DNA of 64,000 bases from Meyerozyma guilliermondii (GCA_051546255.1 CP128821.1:806001-870000); one strand, 5' to 3'; counted from the stretch's first letter, positions 38,864-49,708 are shown. Translations and numbers: made by a program. Notes: generated by a model not told the origin, from the letters alone.

Positions 38864-39049
38864 TGATGTATATAGAAAGTTGGCCCACAAAATTATATTT
38901 CCGAATAGTATGACGAAAATGGTTCATCAAGGTGGTTATATTCGTCCCATTTATATTCTCTCATCATCTTTCCATTATTTTTCTCAATATCTTTTCATTA
39001 TCTTTCTATTTGTATTGATTTTCTGAATTTTCGCAGCAACATTTATCAG

Positions 39050-40114
39050 ATGCTGCAAGTCGGTAGACGACGGCTCGGTAACTGGCTAACATATAGCGGC
39101 TTTCAGCGGTTATACTCTTCATCTACCAAAGAGTTGGTCATCACAGATAAGTTCAGTACGCTTAGACCGGAGTATAAGTCGCCAAGATACCCTATAGTTT
39201 TATGTCATGGATTTTCTGGTTTCGACAAGCTTGCTTTTCCCAAACTAACTGATGTTTTGAACCAGCAAAAAAAGTTGGAATCGGCTGTAGAGGCTACTGT
39301 GGATAAGCTCTCTTCACCGTTGGTGCTGCTCGACTACTGGATGGGAATTAGAGAGGCATTAGAGAGAATTGGAAGTACAGTTCTTATAGCCAAAGTTCCA
39401 GCTTTTGGCACTATTAAAGAACGAGCCGAGAGCTTGAATGAGTTCATTGAACGGCAGTGTAAGCAGCTCCGAAAGAAGGAGTCGAAAGCCTCGATATATG
39501 ACACTGGAAGTGCTGACTCTCGTTCTTTCAAGCATATTAATGAGCGCATAAAAGTCAATTTGGTGGCCCATTCTATGGGTGGTTTGGACTGCCGATACAT
39601 GATCTCAAAACTCGAGCACAAGCTGTTTGAAATTGTCTCGTTGACCACGATTTCAACTCCACATCATGGCTCAGAATGTGCCGATTTCGTCGTGCAACTC
39701 ATAAATCAGTTTCCCGCATTGAAGGCTGTTTGTCCCAAGTCGATTCCAGAGTTGACGACGTCGCATATGAGACAGTTCAACAAAGAGGTGCTAGACGATC
39801 CTGATGTTTCGTATTTGTCATATGGTGCTTCGTTTGACCCACATTGGTTCAATATCTTCAAAATAACCTCGGATATAATGAAGACAAGAATCAAATCTGA
39901 AAACCACAAAAATGATGGACTTGTCAGCGTCGAAAGTGCCAAATGGGGCCATTATCTAGGAACCCTTGACCAGGTGGACCACCTCGATTTGATAAACTGG
40001 ACAAATAAAGCTAGAACCATGGTAGACAAAGCCATGTTTGCCCATGATCCCAAATTCAATGCAATTGCGTTGTATTTAGATGTAGCCGATAATTTATATA
40101 AACATGGATTTTAG
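39050..40114 (+). CDS. TGL2: Mitochondrial triacylglycerol lipase
   Basis: PIVLCHGFSGFD, VNLVAHSMGGLDCR, TPHHGS, NDGLVS, DHLDLINW. Confidence 0.88.
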   Translation: MLQVGRRRLGNWLTYSGFQRLYSSSTKELVITDKFSTLRPEYKSPRYPIVLCHGFSGFDKLAFPKLTDVLNQQKKLESAVEATVDKLSSPLVLLDYWMGIREALERIGSTVLIAKVPAFGTIKERAESLNEFIERQCKQLRKKESKASIYDTGSADSRSFKHINERIKVNLVAHSMGGLDCRYMISKLEHKLFEIVSLTTISTPHHGSECADFVVQLINQFPALKAVCPKSIPELTTSHMRQFNKEVLDDPDVSYLSYGASFDPHWFNIFKITSDIMKTRIKSENHKNDGLVSVESAKWGHYLGTLDQVDHLDLINWTNKARTMVDKAMFAHDPKFNAIALYLDVADNLYKHGF

Positions 40115-40116
40115 AC

Positions 40117-41553
40117 TTATGCTTCATTGATGGTGATGGCCTTGCACGACTGAAACTCTTGTATACCCCAAGAGTTGTTAAACCGACCAATTCCACTATT
40201 TTTCACACCTCCATGGGGTACTCCTGGTTCATCGTGAATTGTAGAGCTATTAATGTGAACTGCTCCAGATTCCAACTCGCTTGCTATTTTGTAGGCTTTC
40301 ACGGCATTAGAGCTCCATATCGAAGCCTTGAGTCCGTAACTCGAGTCGTTGACTTCCTCCACAACTTTGGTAATGTCGGTGTATTTGTGGATAGAAACTA
40401 TGGGAGCAAAAGTTTCAGTTGAATATAATTTTGTGGATTTGGAAACATTGCTCAAGATGAGTGGAGTAAAAGGAACGTTCTCCTCGCTAGAATTCAACTT
40501 GGTCAAGCTTCCAAATTCGATTTTTGCTCCGTTTTCGAGCGCATCTTCAATCAAGGCTATCGCATTAGAGGTCGCCATAATTGTACGAAGATAACTTTCA
40601 GTGCCAATTTTCTCGGCTGTTCTGATAGCCTCGGACAAGAAAGCGTCGTACTTGTCTTCATGAACATATATCTTATCAGTACACATGCAAATTTGTCCAC
40701 TATTTGACCATGCACTCGCCAAGATGGTAGCCGCGGCTTTCTCTATAATTGCATCTGGTTCAACTATGGAGCAGTTATTACCTCCCAACTCCAACAAAAC
40801 CGGTTTCAAATGCTTGCCAGCTACTTGTGCTATCAGACCACCAATAGCTGTTGATCCCGTGTAGTTAATTTTTCTGATGTTGGGGTTCGAGATGAAACTT
40901 TCCACAACACTTGGGGTGTTTTCAGGGTCCAGATTCACCAATTGCATAGTTTCTTTCGGTACGCCAGCTTCCAAAAACGCCTTTGCAACAAAGTATCCAA
41001 CAAGTGGAGCTTTTTCTGAAGTCTTGAATACCACAGAACAACCAGCTGCTAACGGCGCAGCAATGCTTCTCGTTGCAAGAATCACTGGAGCATTCCATGG
41101 TGCCATGGCTAAAACTGGTCCAATTGGCTGATTGACTGCTAGAGCAATATCAGTCAGTGCTGAATTGAGTAGGTTTCCGGGCCTGGCATCTATTTGCAGA
41201 GCGTAGTCTTTGATTGAATCAGCTGCCAATTTGACATTGAAACCTGCGAATCCTTGTTCGATTCCAACTTGTACCTGAGCATCGATTATAACGTCTTTAT
41301 TCTCCACAAGGATATCTGAAGCTCTCAGCATTACAGTTTTCCTCTCGGAAGCATCCATTTTTGACCATTTTTGGAACCCTAACTTTGATATTTCACAAAT
41401 ATTTGCAGTCTGAGCAACTTCAATTGTAGACATTGAATGTATAGGTTTGTGGTCCTTGGGCCCCAAGACATTGTATAGCTTGCCGTCTGTCTTTAATACA
41501 CCATTGAGTATCAGTGGAACTACATTTAGCAATTTGAATTTCTTTAGAGACAT
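40117..41553 (-). CDS. Aldehyde dehydrogenase (salicylaldehyde/vanillin dehydrogenase-like)
   Basis: APWNAP, YTGST, LELGG, GQICMC, ETFAP, GAVHINSSTIHDEP-VPHGG-K-SG. Confidence 0.85.
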   Translation of the reverse strand: MSLKKFKLLNVVPLILNGVLKTDGKLYNVLGPKDHKPIHSMSTIEVAQTANICEISKLGFQKWSKMDASERKTVMLRASDILVENKDVIIDAQVQVGIEQGFAGFNVKLAADSIKDYALQIDARPGNLLNSALTDIALAVNQPIGPVLAMAPWNAPVILATRSIAAPLAAGCSVVFKTSEKAPLVGYFVAKAFLEAGVPKETMQLVNLDPENTPSVVESFISNPNIRKINYTGSTAIGGLIAQVAGKHLKPVLLELGGNNCSIVEPDAIIEKAAATILASAWSNSGQICMCTDKIYVHEDKYDAFLSEAIRTAEKIGTESYLRTIMATSNAIALIEDALENGAKIEFGSLTKLNSSEENVPFTPLILSNVSKSTKLYSTETFAPIVSIHKYTDITKVVEEVNDSSYGLKASIWSSNAVKAYKIASELESGAVHINSSTIHDEPGVPHGGVKNSGIGRFNNSWGIQEFQSCKAITINEA

Positions 41554-41639
41554 TTAGGTAGACCTTTTACACTGAAAGTTAGCCGAGACGCAGATGCAAC
41601 GAGCTATATACAGGCATCTTCACCGGCAACATGTATTGA

Positions 41640-44600
41640 CTAAAGAAGGCCCTTGAGAGTATCGTCCACGCCCCAGGTTCTCATCTCGTCTGAGCATTCG
41701 GCGCAGTGCTCAAGAAGCTTTTCCATTCCGGTGCTAAACTCAAGGAATGATAAATCTTCATCTTTGGTTGCAACTTGGTGAACAAGGTTTTCTTGCACAT
41801 ATTGGCAACGACGAACTTCACTTGCAATCCAATTGCGATACTCTGAGATGACTAAATCTTTTTCCACCTGGTTGAGAAGCTGTAGCTTGACAAGGAGCTC
41901 ATGACGTTGAATTCCAACATCTTGAAACGCACTTCTTAGACTTCGAGCAACCTGCCTGCTGGGGTCGTCGGCATAATCATCGTCCCATTTGCCGGGATGG
42001 TCCGCATTCAAGATGAAGGACGAGTTCTTGAATATCTCGTAACAATGAGAAGAGGAGCTGTTGAGCTGAACTTCCTTCTTTTGAACGAGATCCTGAATGT
42101 CTTTATTGTAAATGGCCCGCAGGAGCATCATGGGTTCTTTGGTAATATACGTGTGGGCAATGGTTCCTGCTCTTCTCACCGTCCAGTACGACAACGTGGA
42201 TCTGCCCATGAGAATAACATTGAGAAGAACAGACGAGATCAAGAGGAAAGTGAGAAATATGTTCATACGCAAACTCTTAAACAAATTTCTAACACCTTTG
42301 ATGAGGTAGACAATAATGAACGTGATAATTCCAAAAAACAAGTTGATCGTTCTTTTGATCAGCAGGTCCACCAATTCGCCAAACTTGAATTCTAGCGTAG
42401 GAGCCTCTTCGGTAACTGCCGAATTTTCAGCTGTCATTCTGAGCTTTCCATAGATCTGAATTGCTCGCAACGCTTGACCCTTGGAGCCCACTTCCTCACG
42501 GACTTTGGCTAAAACTTGATTAAGACGGATACTTTCAAGCCGCAAAAATCGGTAACTGAGGAAAGAGATAATCTTTGATGTGATTTGCTTGCCCTCAGAG
42601 TCAACCCTGCCGTAAATGTAGACTTTGCTGCTGGAGTTGGGAGCGCCCACGATAACAATCCTCGTGGTGACTTTGAACCTGGCGCCGATTGCAAACTTCA
42701 AGTATGCCTTTGAATGAGAAATGTTGTAATATTCATCCTCTGAAGAGCCCTCTATAGCTTGTTCGAACCGTAACTCTCCCTTTTTGTACTCTGCCAAAAC
42801 CGGTGCATTAAATGTACGGGAGAGGGTTCCATCTTCATGCTTGCACCACGGCGCTCTGAGATACTTATCCATCGTGGGATACAAGGCAGAAGCACTGAAG
42901 AAAGTTGACCTCTCTCCCAAAATTGCATGAAGCAATGTCTTTGGAGAACAAGGATATGTCTTGCGTGAAAAAAGCTGGTACTTGTCTGTGAAATCAAGTT
43001 TGAACTCTGTCGCCTTGAAATTTGTTATCAACTCGGTAGAGTTAAGTTCTTCTGAGTTTTGAACATTGAGGCCTGATAGAGGAGACGTAACTTGGTTTTT
43101 GTGCCGGGCTTCGATCTCGTCTAGTTTCTCTATGATCTCTTCAAATGAGGCTGGTGTCTCACTGGCAAGATTACTGATGAGAAACGTTAATTTGTCCCTT
43201 ATAACCACACCAGAATCGAGGAAAACCCGAAACTTGACCAGCCCGTCCTCGGTATACATTCTCAAGATGTCGTGGTCCTCGTTTTGAGAAACCTCTATGG
43301 AATAAACGCCGCTTAAGTTTCCCTTAAACAAAGAAAGAAAACCAGATTGGTTCACGTAACAATATACATGGTACCTTGTGGTGAACACCCTTCCGCCCAA
43401 ATCTCGAGAGGTGTTGGGGCTCCATATGTTTCGGTATGTGAACAAGCAAAGTTCCCCAGGTTCAATTGCAGACTCCATAAGTGCTCTCATTTGGATATCA
43501 AAAGGTACAAGACGATGCGGATACGATGTGGGGTACCGAATTCCAGATTCGGTGTTGTGAGCATGAGACGGTATACCTAGCGAGTCGTCAGTTTGGTCGG
43601 TTTCTCCAATATCGTCGTGGAAGCCGCCTTTAATATAATAAAGTCCCCAGTTTACTGATCCCCAAATGTTAGCCGTCAATGCAGTAGGAACAATTGTAGC
43701 CGTTGCTAACGAGTAGGCAACAATAGCAGAGTTTGTGTTGTGGGTGGTGAAAGGAGTACGTATTTTTCCCACATGGTCGTATACATGCTCTTTGAAATAC
43801 TTTTCGTTTCTGGAAATGTGGGACGAAAGTTTGCTGGACGCAACAGCTTGGTGGTCGGAGTTGGTTATACGCAAGTTTGACAATCTTTTGTCAATTTTAG
43901 TGTTGACTGTTGAAGCAAATTCCGCTACGATTGGTGGATAGCGACTGGATGCGATTTTCATGAGCGAGTTGTCATCGCAGTTTTCTCTCATAATCCGGTC
44001 CCTTTCGTTGTCAAACACCTTTAACCACGACTTGAGTTCAGAGAGCCGTTCCGCTTGAAACACAATTGTTAGATCTGCTGTTTTCACCTGGAAGCAAAAC
44101 CGCCGCTCTTCATTAGGTGTGTACTGGATATTGGCAAGCATGATTCCAATCCTATCGGAATCCTGAACATATGTTTGCGACGGACTCAACAAGAGCATTC
44201 CCATAACTCCATCTTTAACGAAAACCCATCTTCGAACCCACATAGGTCTTGTAGACTTTCCTACCGTAGTCTTCATGAAAAGATACCCATGTTTCTCCAC
44301 CGCAGTTTCATCGCAGTCCGCAAGAACACTGCCATTGATATGAGCCACATTGTAGTCTTCAGTATTACTCGAGGGAAATGCCGCTTCTTTGGTGCTTTCT
44401 TCCACTTGTTCACGAGCTCTCACCATGTCGTCTTTGAGTTTATCGTCGGCCTGACCGTACGCAGCAGACCACGCTTGTATTCTTTTCATTCGCTTGTAGC
44501 TCTCGGTGAAGTTTGGAAGTACCTTCTCTGAAGCTAGCAGTCCAATTCTATTGTCCCAAACCTTCAGACAAAGCGATATAAGAACCTCATCACAAATTCT

Positions 44601-45191
44601 GTTGAGAGCATTTAAAGCCAACACAAGCTCCAAGGACTCGTGCAAATACGATATACGTGCTTCGTAGAGATTGTAGGCATCCTCTTTGACCATATGGGGT
44701 TCTCTAGTCTTCGCTTGCGCAACATAGATGTTCAAGTAACTGTCGAATTTTTCTTGTGCAGCATCAAAATTCACCTTTATTTCCCGGTATCTTTGTATCT
44801 GTCGACTGATCTTCGACGATAATTCCTGAACCCAAGATGTTTCAAAGTTCAACGACTCAAAAGTATGTATCCATACATCTCCCAAAGCACTTGCTGTCGA
44901 CTGCAACGACTCAATCGTGTACTCCTGGTCTATTAAACCATCCTGGAGAAACGTGGGAAGAAAGCTCTCGAGAAAAGAGTTGGCAAACCCTTGAAACTCC
45001 GTCACATATCGTGGAAATTTCTTCACTGAACTCACCAATGCTTTCATCCATTTTTCTATATTGCCCACCTGAATGTCTAAATGGTTTGTGCTTGCCCTGA
45101 ACGTTGGCGAGTCTAGTGCTGCCTCTTTGAAATTGACAGATATGAGCTTGAATTGGCGGTTAAGGCCCCCATTGCTCTCTACGTTAGACAT
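41640..45191 (-). CDS. SIP3: Membrane-contact sterol transfer protein Sip3/Lam1 (BAR-PH-GRAM-StARkin-TM)
   Basis: FKEAALDSPTFRA, PH domain EKHGYLFMKT...WVRRWVF...ERRFCF, TALTANIWGSVNW, C-terminal TM; start MSNVESN. Confidence 0.85.
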   Translation of the reverse strand: MSNVESNGGLNRQFKLISVNFKEAALDSPTFRASTNHLDIQVGNIEKWMKALVSSVKKFPRYVTEFQGFANSFLESFLPTFLQDGLIDQEYTIESLQSTASALGDVWIHTFESLNFETSWVQELSSKISRQIQRYREIKVNFDAAQEKFDSYLNIYVAQAKTREPHMVKEDAYNLYEARISYLHESLELVLALNALNRICDEVLISLCLKVWDNRIGLLASEKVLPNFTESYKRMKRIQAWSAAYGQADDKLKDDMVRAREQVEESTKEAAFPSSNTEDYNVAHINGSVLADCDETAVEKHGYLFMKTTVGKSTRPMWVRRWVFVKDGVMGMLLLSPSQTYVQDSDRIGIMLANIQYTPNEERRFCFQVKTADLTIVFQAERLSELKSWLKVFDNERDRIMRENCDDNSLMKIASSRYPPIVAEFASTVNTKIDKRLSNLRITNSDHQAVASSKLSSHISRNEKYFKEHVYDHVGKIRTPFTTHNTNSAIVAYSLATATIVPTALTANIWGSVNWGLYYIKGGFHDDIGETDQTDDSLGIPSHAHNTESGIRYPTSYPHRLVPFDIQMRALMESAIEPGELCLFTYRNIWSPNTSRDLGGRVFTTRYHVYCYVNQSGFLSLFKGNLSGVYSIEVSQNEDHDILRMYTEDGLVKFRVFLDSGVVIRDKLTFLISNLASETPASFEEIIEKLDEIEARHKNQVTSPLSGLNVQNSEELNSTELITNFKATEFKLDFTDKYQLFSRKTYPCSPKTLLHAILGERSTFFSASALYPTMDKYLRAPWCKHEDGTLSRTFNAPVLAEYKKGELRFEQAIEGSSEDEYYNISHSKAYLKFAIGARFKVTTRIVIVGAPNSSSKVYIYGRVDSEGKQITSKIISFLSYRFLRLESIRLNQVLAKVREEVGSKGQALRAIQIYGKLRMTAENSAVTEEAPTLEFKFGELVDLLIKRTINLFFGIITFIIVYLIKGVRNLFKSLRMNIFLTFLLISSVLLNVILMGRSTLSYWTVRRAGTIAHTYITKEPMMLLRAIYNKDIQDLVQKKEVQLNSSSSHCYEIFKNSSFILNADHPGKWDDDYADDPSRQVARSLRSAFQDVGIQRHELLVKLQLLNQVEKDLVISEYRNWIASEVRRCQYVQENLVHQVATKDEDLSFLEFSTGMEKLLEHCAECSDEMRTWGVDDTLKGLL

Positions 45192-45520
45192 GGAGTTTTG
45201 GCAATCGTACAATTCCGCATCGACCGATAAGTTATGTACTGCATATAGTGTACGGGCTATTTAAGTGTTTGTAGAGTTGAGTGTCACTGTTGGTGGCACG
45301 GCATTTAGCATATGGCGCTACTGCGGCCAGGGGTTGCTAGCTAGACGGACGCCGAGTTTTTCCGAATCGCAACCATTTCATGCACGTTTTACAAGGTGGC
45401 GCCGCAATTGGTGCATATAATGGTATGTTTCGGATAATCAAGTGCGAATCGGATCAGGAGGTTTTTCCGGTGGCACCATGTATATATTTTGCAGCAATTG
45501 TCCAGTTGTTGGCATCTCTA

Positions 45521-46051
45521 ATGAATATCGACAACGAATGGCCCTTCTCCCCTCTCTCGTTCTATGATGAGTGGCTCGATCAGGTGGAGACTAAAACATA
45601 TCCATTATTGGACACTTGTAGCTTGACACCGACTTCGGAGTCTGATAGCACCGAAAGTAGTTCAGATTACAAACTTGGGTCAGTTTCAAGTAGCGATCCC
45701 GTTGACATCAGCGATTTTCTTGTGGATGTGTCTCGGGAAACGCCTAAGCCTCATAATAGAAGAAAACTTTCTCAAACCCAAAAGATAGGCCATAATAAGA
45801 TTGAGAAAAAGTATCGGAATAATATTAATACAAAGTTGGAAATTCTTCACCGACTTGTGCCCTGGAACTCCACTACCACCCCTAATTTCCAGGGAAAAGG
45901 TGAACACATAAAGCTGATACACAAGGTCAGCAAATCCATGATCCTTGATGGCGCTACCGAGTACATCAAGCAGCTAATAGAACGAGAAAAGAGACTCAAA
46001 GATGAGTGTGATGGACTTAAAAAGCAACTCACACAGCGGACTTGTTTGTGA
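45521..46051 (+). CDS. Small SREBP-type bHLH transcription factor (Tye7/Hms1/Cph2 family)
   Basis: HNKIEKKYRNNIN basic region with SREBP-diagnostic Tyr; SKSMILDGATEYIKQL helix 2 and zipper; TATATA at 45481. Confidence 0.8.
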   Translation: MNIDNEWPFSPLSFYDEWLDQVETKTYPLLDTCSLTPTSESDSTESSSDYKLGSVSSSDPVDISDFLVDVSRETPKPHNRRKLSQTQKIGHNKIEKKYRNNINTKLEILHRLVPWNSTTTPNFQGKGEHIKLIHKVSKSMILDGATEYIKQLIEREKRLKDECDGLKKQLTQRTCL

Positions 46052-46055
46052 ATCA

Positions 46056-47912
46056 CTATAATACATCATCTCTGTACGGTTGTGTAGGATTGTTGGTGGT
46101 GAAACGAGCAGCTACTCCATTCACCACATTGTTCATTCGTCCCCAAATTCCTGGTTTGTTGGATGGTTCTGATTCTTGATCAGAGTCGATTGCTGGATTA
46201 TCGATTCGATTGCTCAACGAGTCATGGAACAGTTGTCGGTTGGCTTGGTAATTAGTGTTTGCTGCAGAAGCAAGATTGAATTCTCGTAATGATGTGGGGT
46301 CTCCCTGTTGCAGTCTTTTGAACATTTCTCGGTTGATAATACGCTTGGCTTCGACAATTTGCAAATCGGCTCTTTGACCCAGTTCTTCATCGTCGTCAAA
46401 GGCCCAAGAATCGAGCCCAAGTCTTCTTTTAAGACGATCATAGATATTGAATGTAGTTAATATCACAGGCAATAATACGAGCCGAGGAAGCCAGTCGTTC
46501 AAGATATTGAAAAGACCAGTGAGGTGGATGGATTTGCCGAACCAGCTCTCAAACACCGACTCGCGCGATGCAAATAACGTCAAGAAGTTGTACGAAAGTG
46601 GGATGGTCAAACGGGCAATGTATGTGGTGAAGAAACAAACCGACACCGGGTCGGAATTGTGGGGCACAAGATGGTACATGTTGAAGATTTTGACCTTGGT
46701 GAGCGAGTTGAGGGCTGCAAAAAGCATGTACGAAAAAGTTGTACATGAGAAAGCCAACTTCCAAAAGCTGGAGTTTGAGGCCACGAGGAGCTTGTTGATC
46801 AAGGAAAGATGTGAGCCCAACATTTCCGATTCAAGAATCAAAAAAGACATGGCGAAAAGGCACAACGACCAAATGCGACGAACGGCAGGTGCAAAGTAGC
46901 CATGGACATACAAGCCCAATTTGGGCGACAAATTTGCACGGAAGTTGTCGATTCGGTAATGAACCTCTCTCTCTTGGCTTGCCTTGGCCATTTCTATGTC
47001 TTCAAGAATGATAATTTTGCGAAACAACGTATCGAATTCCGCCTTGTAGGCCACAACTCGCTCAAGATTGACGTTAAACCGCGCGTTGAGCTTGGTCATG
47101 TAGTCCACCGTCAACTTGTCACGAGAAATCGTCTCGTTTACAGCGTCTGGGAACTGGCGCTCGATGGACATGGAAATGTCATCCGGTATTTTTCGAGAAA
47201 GCAGCAAGATCCAGTCCCGAAACTGAAACGATTCGGCGCCTTCGCCGCCAAAGTTACGAGCCATCACCATCACTTGTAACGCATCTTCTTGAAGTGACAC
47301 TTTTGAGTCCTCCAAATGGTCCACGAGAGGAGGAACTTTTACATAGTGGTAATTGAGCTCCAGAAGAACACTGCCGCTTATCCACATGGTGCGCGGGATG
47401 CTGACCATGCCATGAGACATCAACCACAACGCAAGCAACAACGAGTAAAGATGCGCCAAAGCAATCACCATGAGCTTCATATGACCCACGGTCAAACCTG
47501 CCTCTAGCATAAGATAAATGGCTCCAAAAATGGACACCGCCAACATGATCAATTGAAAACGAAGATTTCTTCGTATGGCATCCTTAACTTTGCCAGAACT
47601 GTTATAATGGCCGGAACTGTAAAATGATTGCAAAAAAGGCAAAATGAGCCAAGTGAGAAAAAACGTGATCCAGTAGTTAGATTTCCATAAGAACAAGATT
47701 ACCGACTCCGGGACCTCAAAGAATGTATGTTTGACGTGATGCGAGATGTAATCAATGGGCAACAAGAAAATAATAGAAAGAGGCATAAATACTGCCAACA
47801 CCACCGGGACCAGCAAAAACGCGGGATAACGGAGAATCCTTATGTAATAGCGGATTCCGAAAAGCGATAGAAACATCGACGCCGCGAAACACGGAAGGCA
47901 CACTAGCCACAT
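46056..47912 (-). CDS. LMBR1-family (LMBRD2-like) multi-pass membrane protein
   Basis: LLPID, YWITFFLTWLILP, HGMVSIPR, RLTIPLSYNFL, FNIYDR. Confidence 0.85.
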   Translation of the reverse strand: MWLVCLPCFAASMFLSLFGIRYYIRILRYPAFLLVPVVLAVFMPLSIIFLLPIDYISHHVKHTFFEVPESVILFLWKSNYWITFFLTWLILPFLQSFYSSGHYNSSGKVKDAIRRNLRFQLIMLAVSIFGAIYLMLEAGLTVGHMKLMVIALAHLYSLLLALWLMSHGMVSIPRTMWISGSVLLELNYHYVKVPPLVDHLEDSKVSLQEDALQVMVMARNFGGEGAESFQFRDWILLLSRKIPDDISMSIERQFPDAVNETISRDKLTVDYMTKLNARFNVNLERVVAYKAEFDTLFRKIIILEDIEMAKASQEREVHYRIDNFRANLSPKLGLYVHGYFAPAVRRIWSLCLFAMSFLILESEMLGSHLSLINKLLVASNSSFWKLAFSCTTFSYMLFAALNSLTKVKIFNMYHLVPHNSDPVSVCFFTTYIARLTIPLSYNFLTLFASRESVFESWFGKSIHLTGLFNILNDWLPRLVLLPVILTTFNIYDRLKRRLGLDSWAFDDDEELGQRADLQIVEAKRIINREMFKRLQQGDPTSLREFNLASAANTNYQANRQLFHDSLSNRIDNPAIDSDQESEPSNKPGIWGRMNNVVNGVAARFTTNNPTQPYRDDVL

Positions 47913-48049
47913 AACTGGTTCAGTTCCGAGGGCGTGAGACAGTTGTATATCTGTACATCCAAACACAAAAACACATTTCTGAATCCAAACACCAGCTTTA
48001 CACCCAGCACCAGGTCTGTTCCGTTTGTACCCCAGGAACCTCCGGAACC

Positions 48050-49708
48050 ATGGCAGAATCTGGTTCCAAGCACGTTGGGTTTGCCGAGCCTCCTAAGGAG
48101 CTCGAGGAGCACCATGATGCATTGCGCAAGAAAGAAGAGGAAAAACTCGAGTATAATCCGTTCCACAAGATCCCCCCGGAATTGCTGTATCTCCACAAAA
48201 AACCGGCCGGTCCCAAACCGCTTCCTCAAGAACCGGTCAAACCGGTGCGAACTCAGAAGAGCAATGAGATCTTGGGAGATCTTCGTATGATGGCCATCAA
48301 GGACATTTCTGTCCAAAACAAGCAAACAGAAGTCAACTTCAGCTATCCGGAAATCGATTTGAAACTTGTGCCTCTGGCAATTTTGGTCAATGTCAAATAT
48401 TCGTCACTCAATGGTTTTGATCTTTCCAAGGTGAACACCTATGCTTGGAATTTCAGTGATACCAGAGTCGGTTTGGGCTACGAGTACGTGGGTGTGGTGA
48501 GCCGGGTGGGGAGTCTGGTTCAAGATTTTTCCCCAGGAGACAAAGTTTTTGGTTGCACATGTCCTACTGCTCGGCATGGTGCGCTATCTTCGAGTGTGAT
48601 TTTGATGCCGGGAAGAGACATTATTCTTCCTGTTGATGAGGAATTGGAGCAGAAGTTGCAGACGGTGGATGCGGAGCTTGTTTTGGACTTGGATCCCAAA
48701 TTTGCTGTGAAAGACGAAGAAGAAGACGACTCTGAAGAAAATGAAGAATCACCCCAAATTTCCAATTGGCCAGCTTTGTCGAAATTGTGTGCTTTTCCCG
48801 TCCAGTACTGTAGGAGCAAGCAGGCGCTTCAACACTTGAAACCGCTGACCCGGTCCAATATCTTGATAAATGGAGCCGATACTCTTCTTGGAGTGACACT
48901 TTTGCAGGTATTGTGCTCGTCGCTCTACTCGGGAGATATCACTGTGATCTTGGTTATAAGAGAGTCCAGCTCTCAGTACATGACGGAGCTCGTCAACAAG
49001 CTCACCAAGGACCCCACCAAGGCCAGGCGGTTCTACTTGATACCTTTTGACATGAAAAATGACGACCTAGTTCTCGCCGGTGAGAAGACTCCGATCAACT
49101 ACAAGAAACCAGAGTTTTTCGCTACCGAAGTTTTGAACGCTCTTTTCGGCTCCGCAAACGCCAACCAAATCACCAAGGCCAACGTCAACGAGTACAAATT
49201 GGATCTTGTGGTGGATATTATTGGAAGCAAGCGGTTCTTGCAGAAACAAGGTATACGGTACGATCGCATCCAGACACTAAATATTCCTTTTGTATCCAAG
49301 TTGGGTGAACCGCTCACCGATGTGTTGAACGCCGGGACCAAGGAACCGTTTTTGGTCAAGATTATGAAGCCAAAAGCTCACAATTCCAGCTTTGTTTCGT
49401 TCTGCAATTACGCTCTCGATCCTCCATCTTACAGCATCGACAAGCAGCTTCCCGGCACCCAGCTGCTGGGGTTGTGGTCGATGAAATGGCTGCAGAGCCT
49501 TGCCAACTCGCTTCTTAGCACGTTCAACTACTACGAAGAACATGGCCTCGAAGTCAAGCGCCAATGGCTTGAGGAAGGATTGCAATTGATGGTTGATGGA
49601 GAGGTGAAATTTCGCGCCGAATACATGGATTGGCGGCAATTCCGCAAACATATCGCTTCGCTTCGCCGCGACGACGGCATGTTTTTGTTTCAAGTTGAGG
49701 ATTTTTAG
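48050..49708 (+). CDS. AST1: Ast1/Ast2-like MDR-fold (GroES + Rossmann) protein
   Basis: NFSY, GLGYEYVGVV, GDKVFG, GALSSSV, SNILINGA resemble Ast1; degenerate nucleotide-binding loop. Confidence 0.6.
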   Translation: MAESGSKHVGFAEPPKELEEHHDALRKKEEEKLEYNPFHKIPPELLYLHKKPAGPKPLPQEPVKPVRTQKSNEILGDLRMMAIKDISVQNKQTEVNFSYPEIDLKLVPLAILVNVKYSSLNGFDLSKVNTYAWNFSDTRVGLGYEYVGVVSRVGSLVQDFSPGDKVFGCTCPTARHGALSSSVILMPGRDIILPVDEELEQKLQTVDAELVLDLDPKFAVKDEEEDDSEENEESPQISNWPALSKLCAFPVQYCRSKQALQHLKPLTRSNILINGADTLLGVTLLQVLCSSLYSGDITVILVIRESSSQYMTELVNKLTKDPTKARRFYLIPFDMKNDDLVLAGEKTPINYKKPEFFATEVLNALFGSANANQITKANVNEYKLDLVVDIIGSKRFLQKQGIRYDRIQTLNIPFVSKLGEPLTDVLNAGTKEPFLVKIMKPKAHNSSFVSFCNYALDPPSYSIDKQLPGTQLLGLWSMKWLQSLANSLLSTFNYYEEHGLEVKRQWLEEGLQLMVDGEVKFRAEYMDWRQFRKHIASLRRDDGMFLFQVEDF

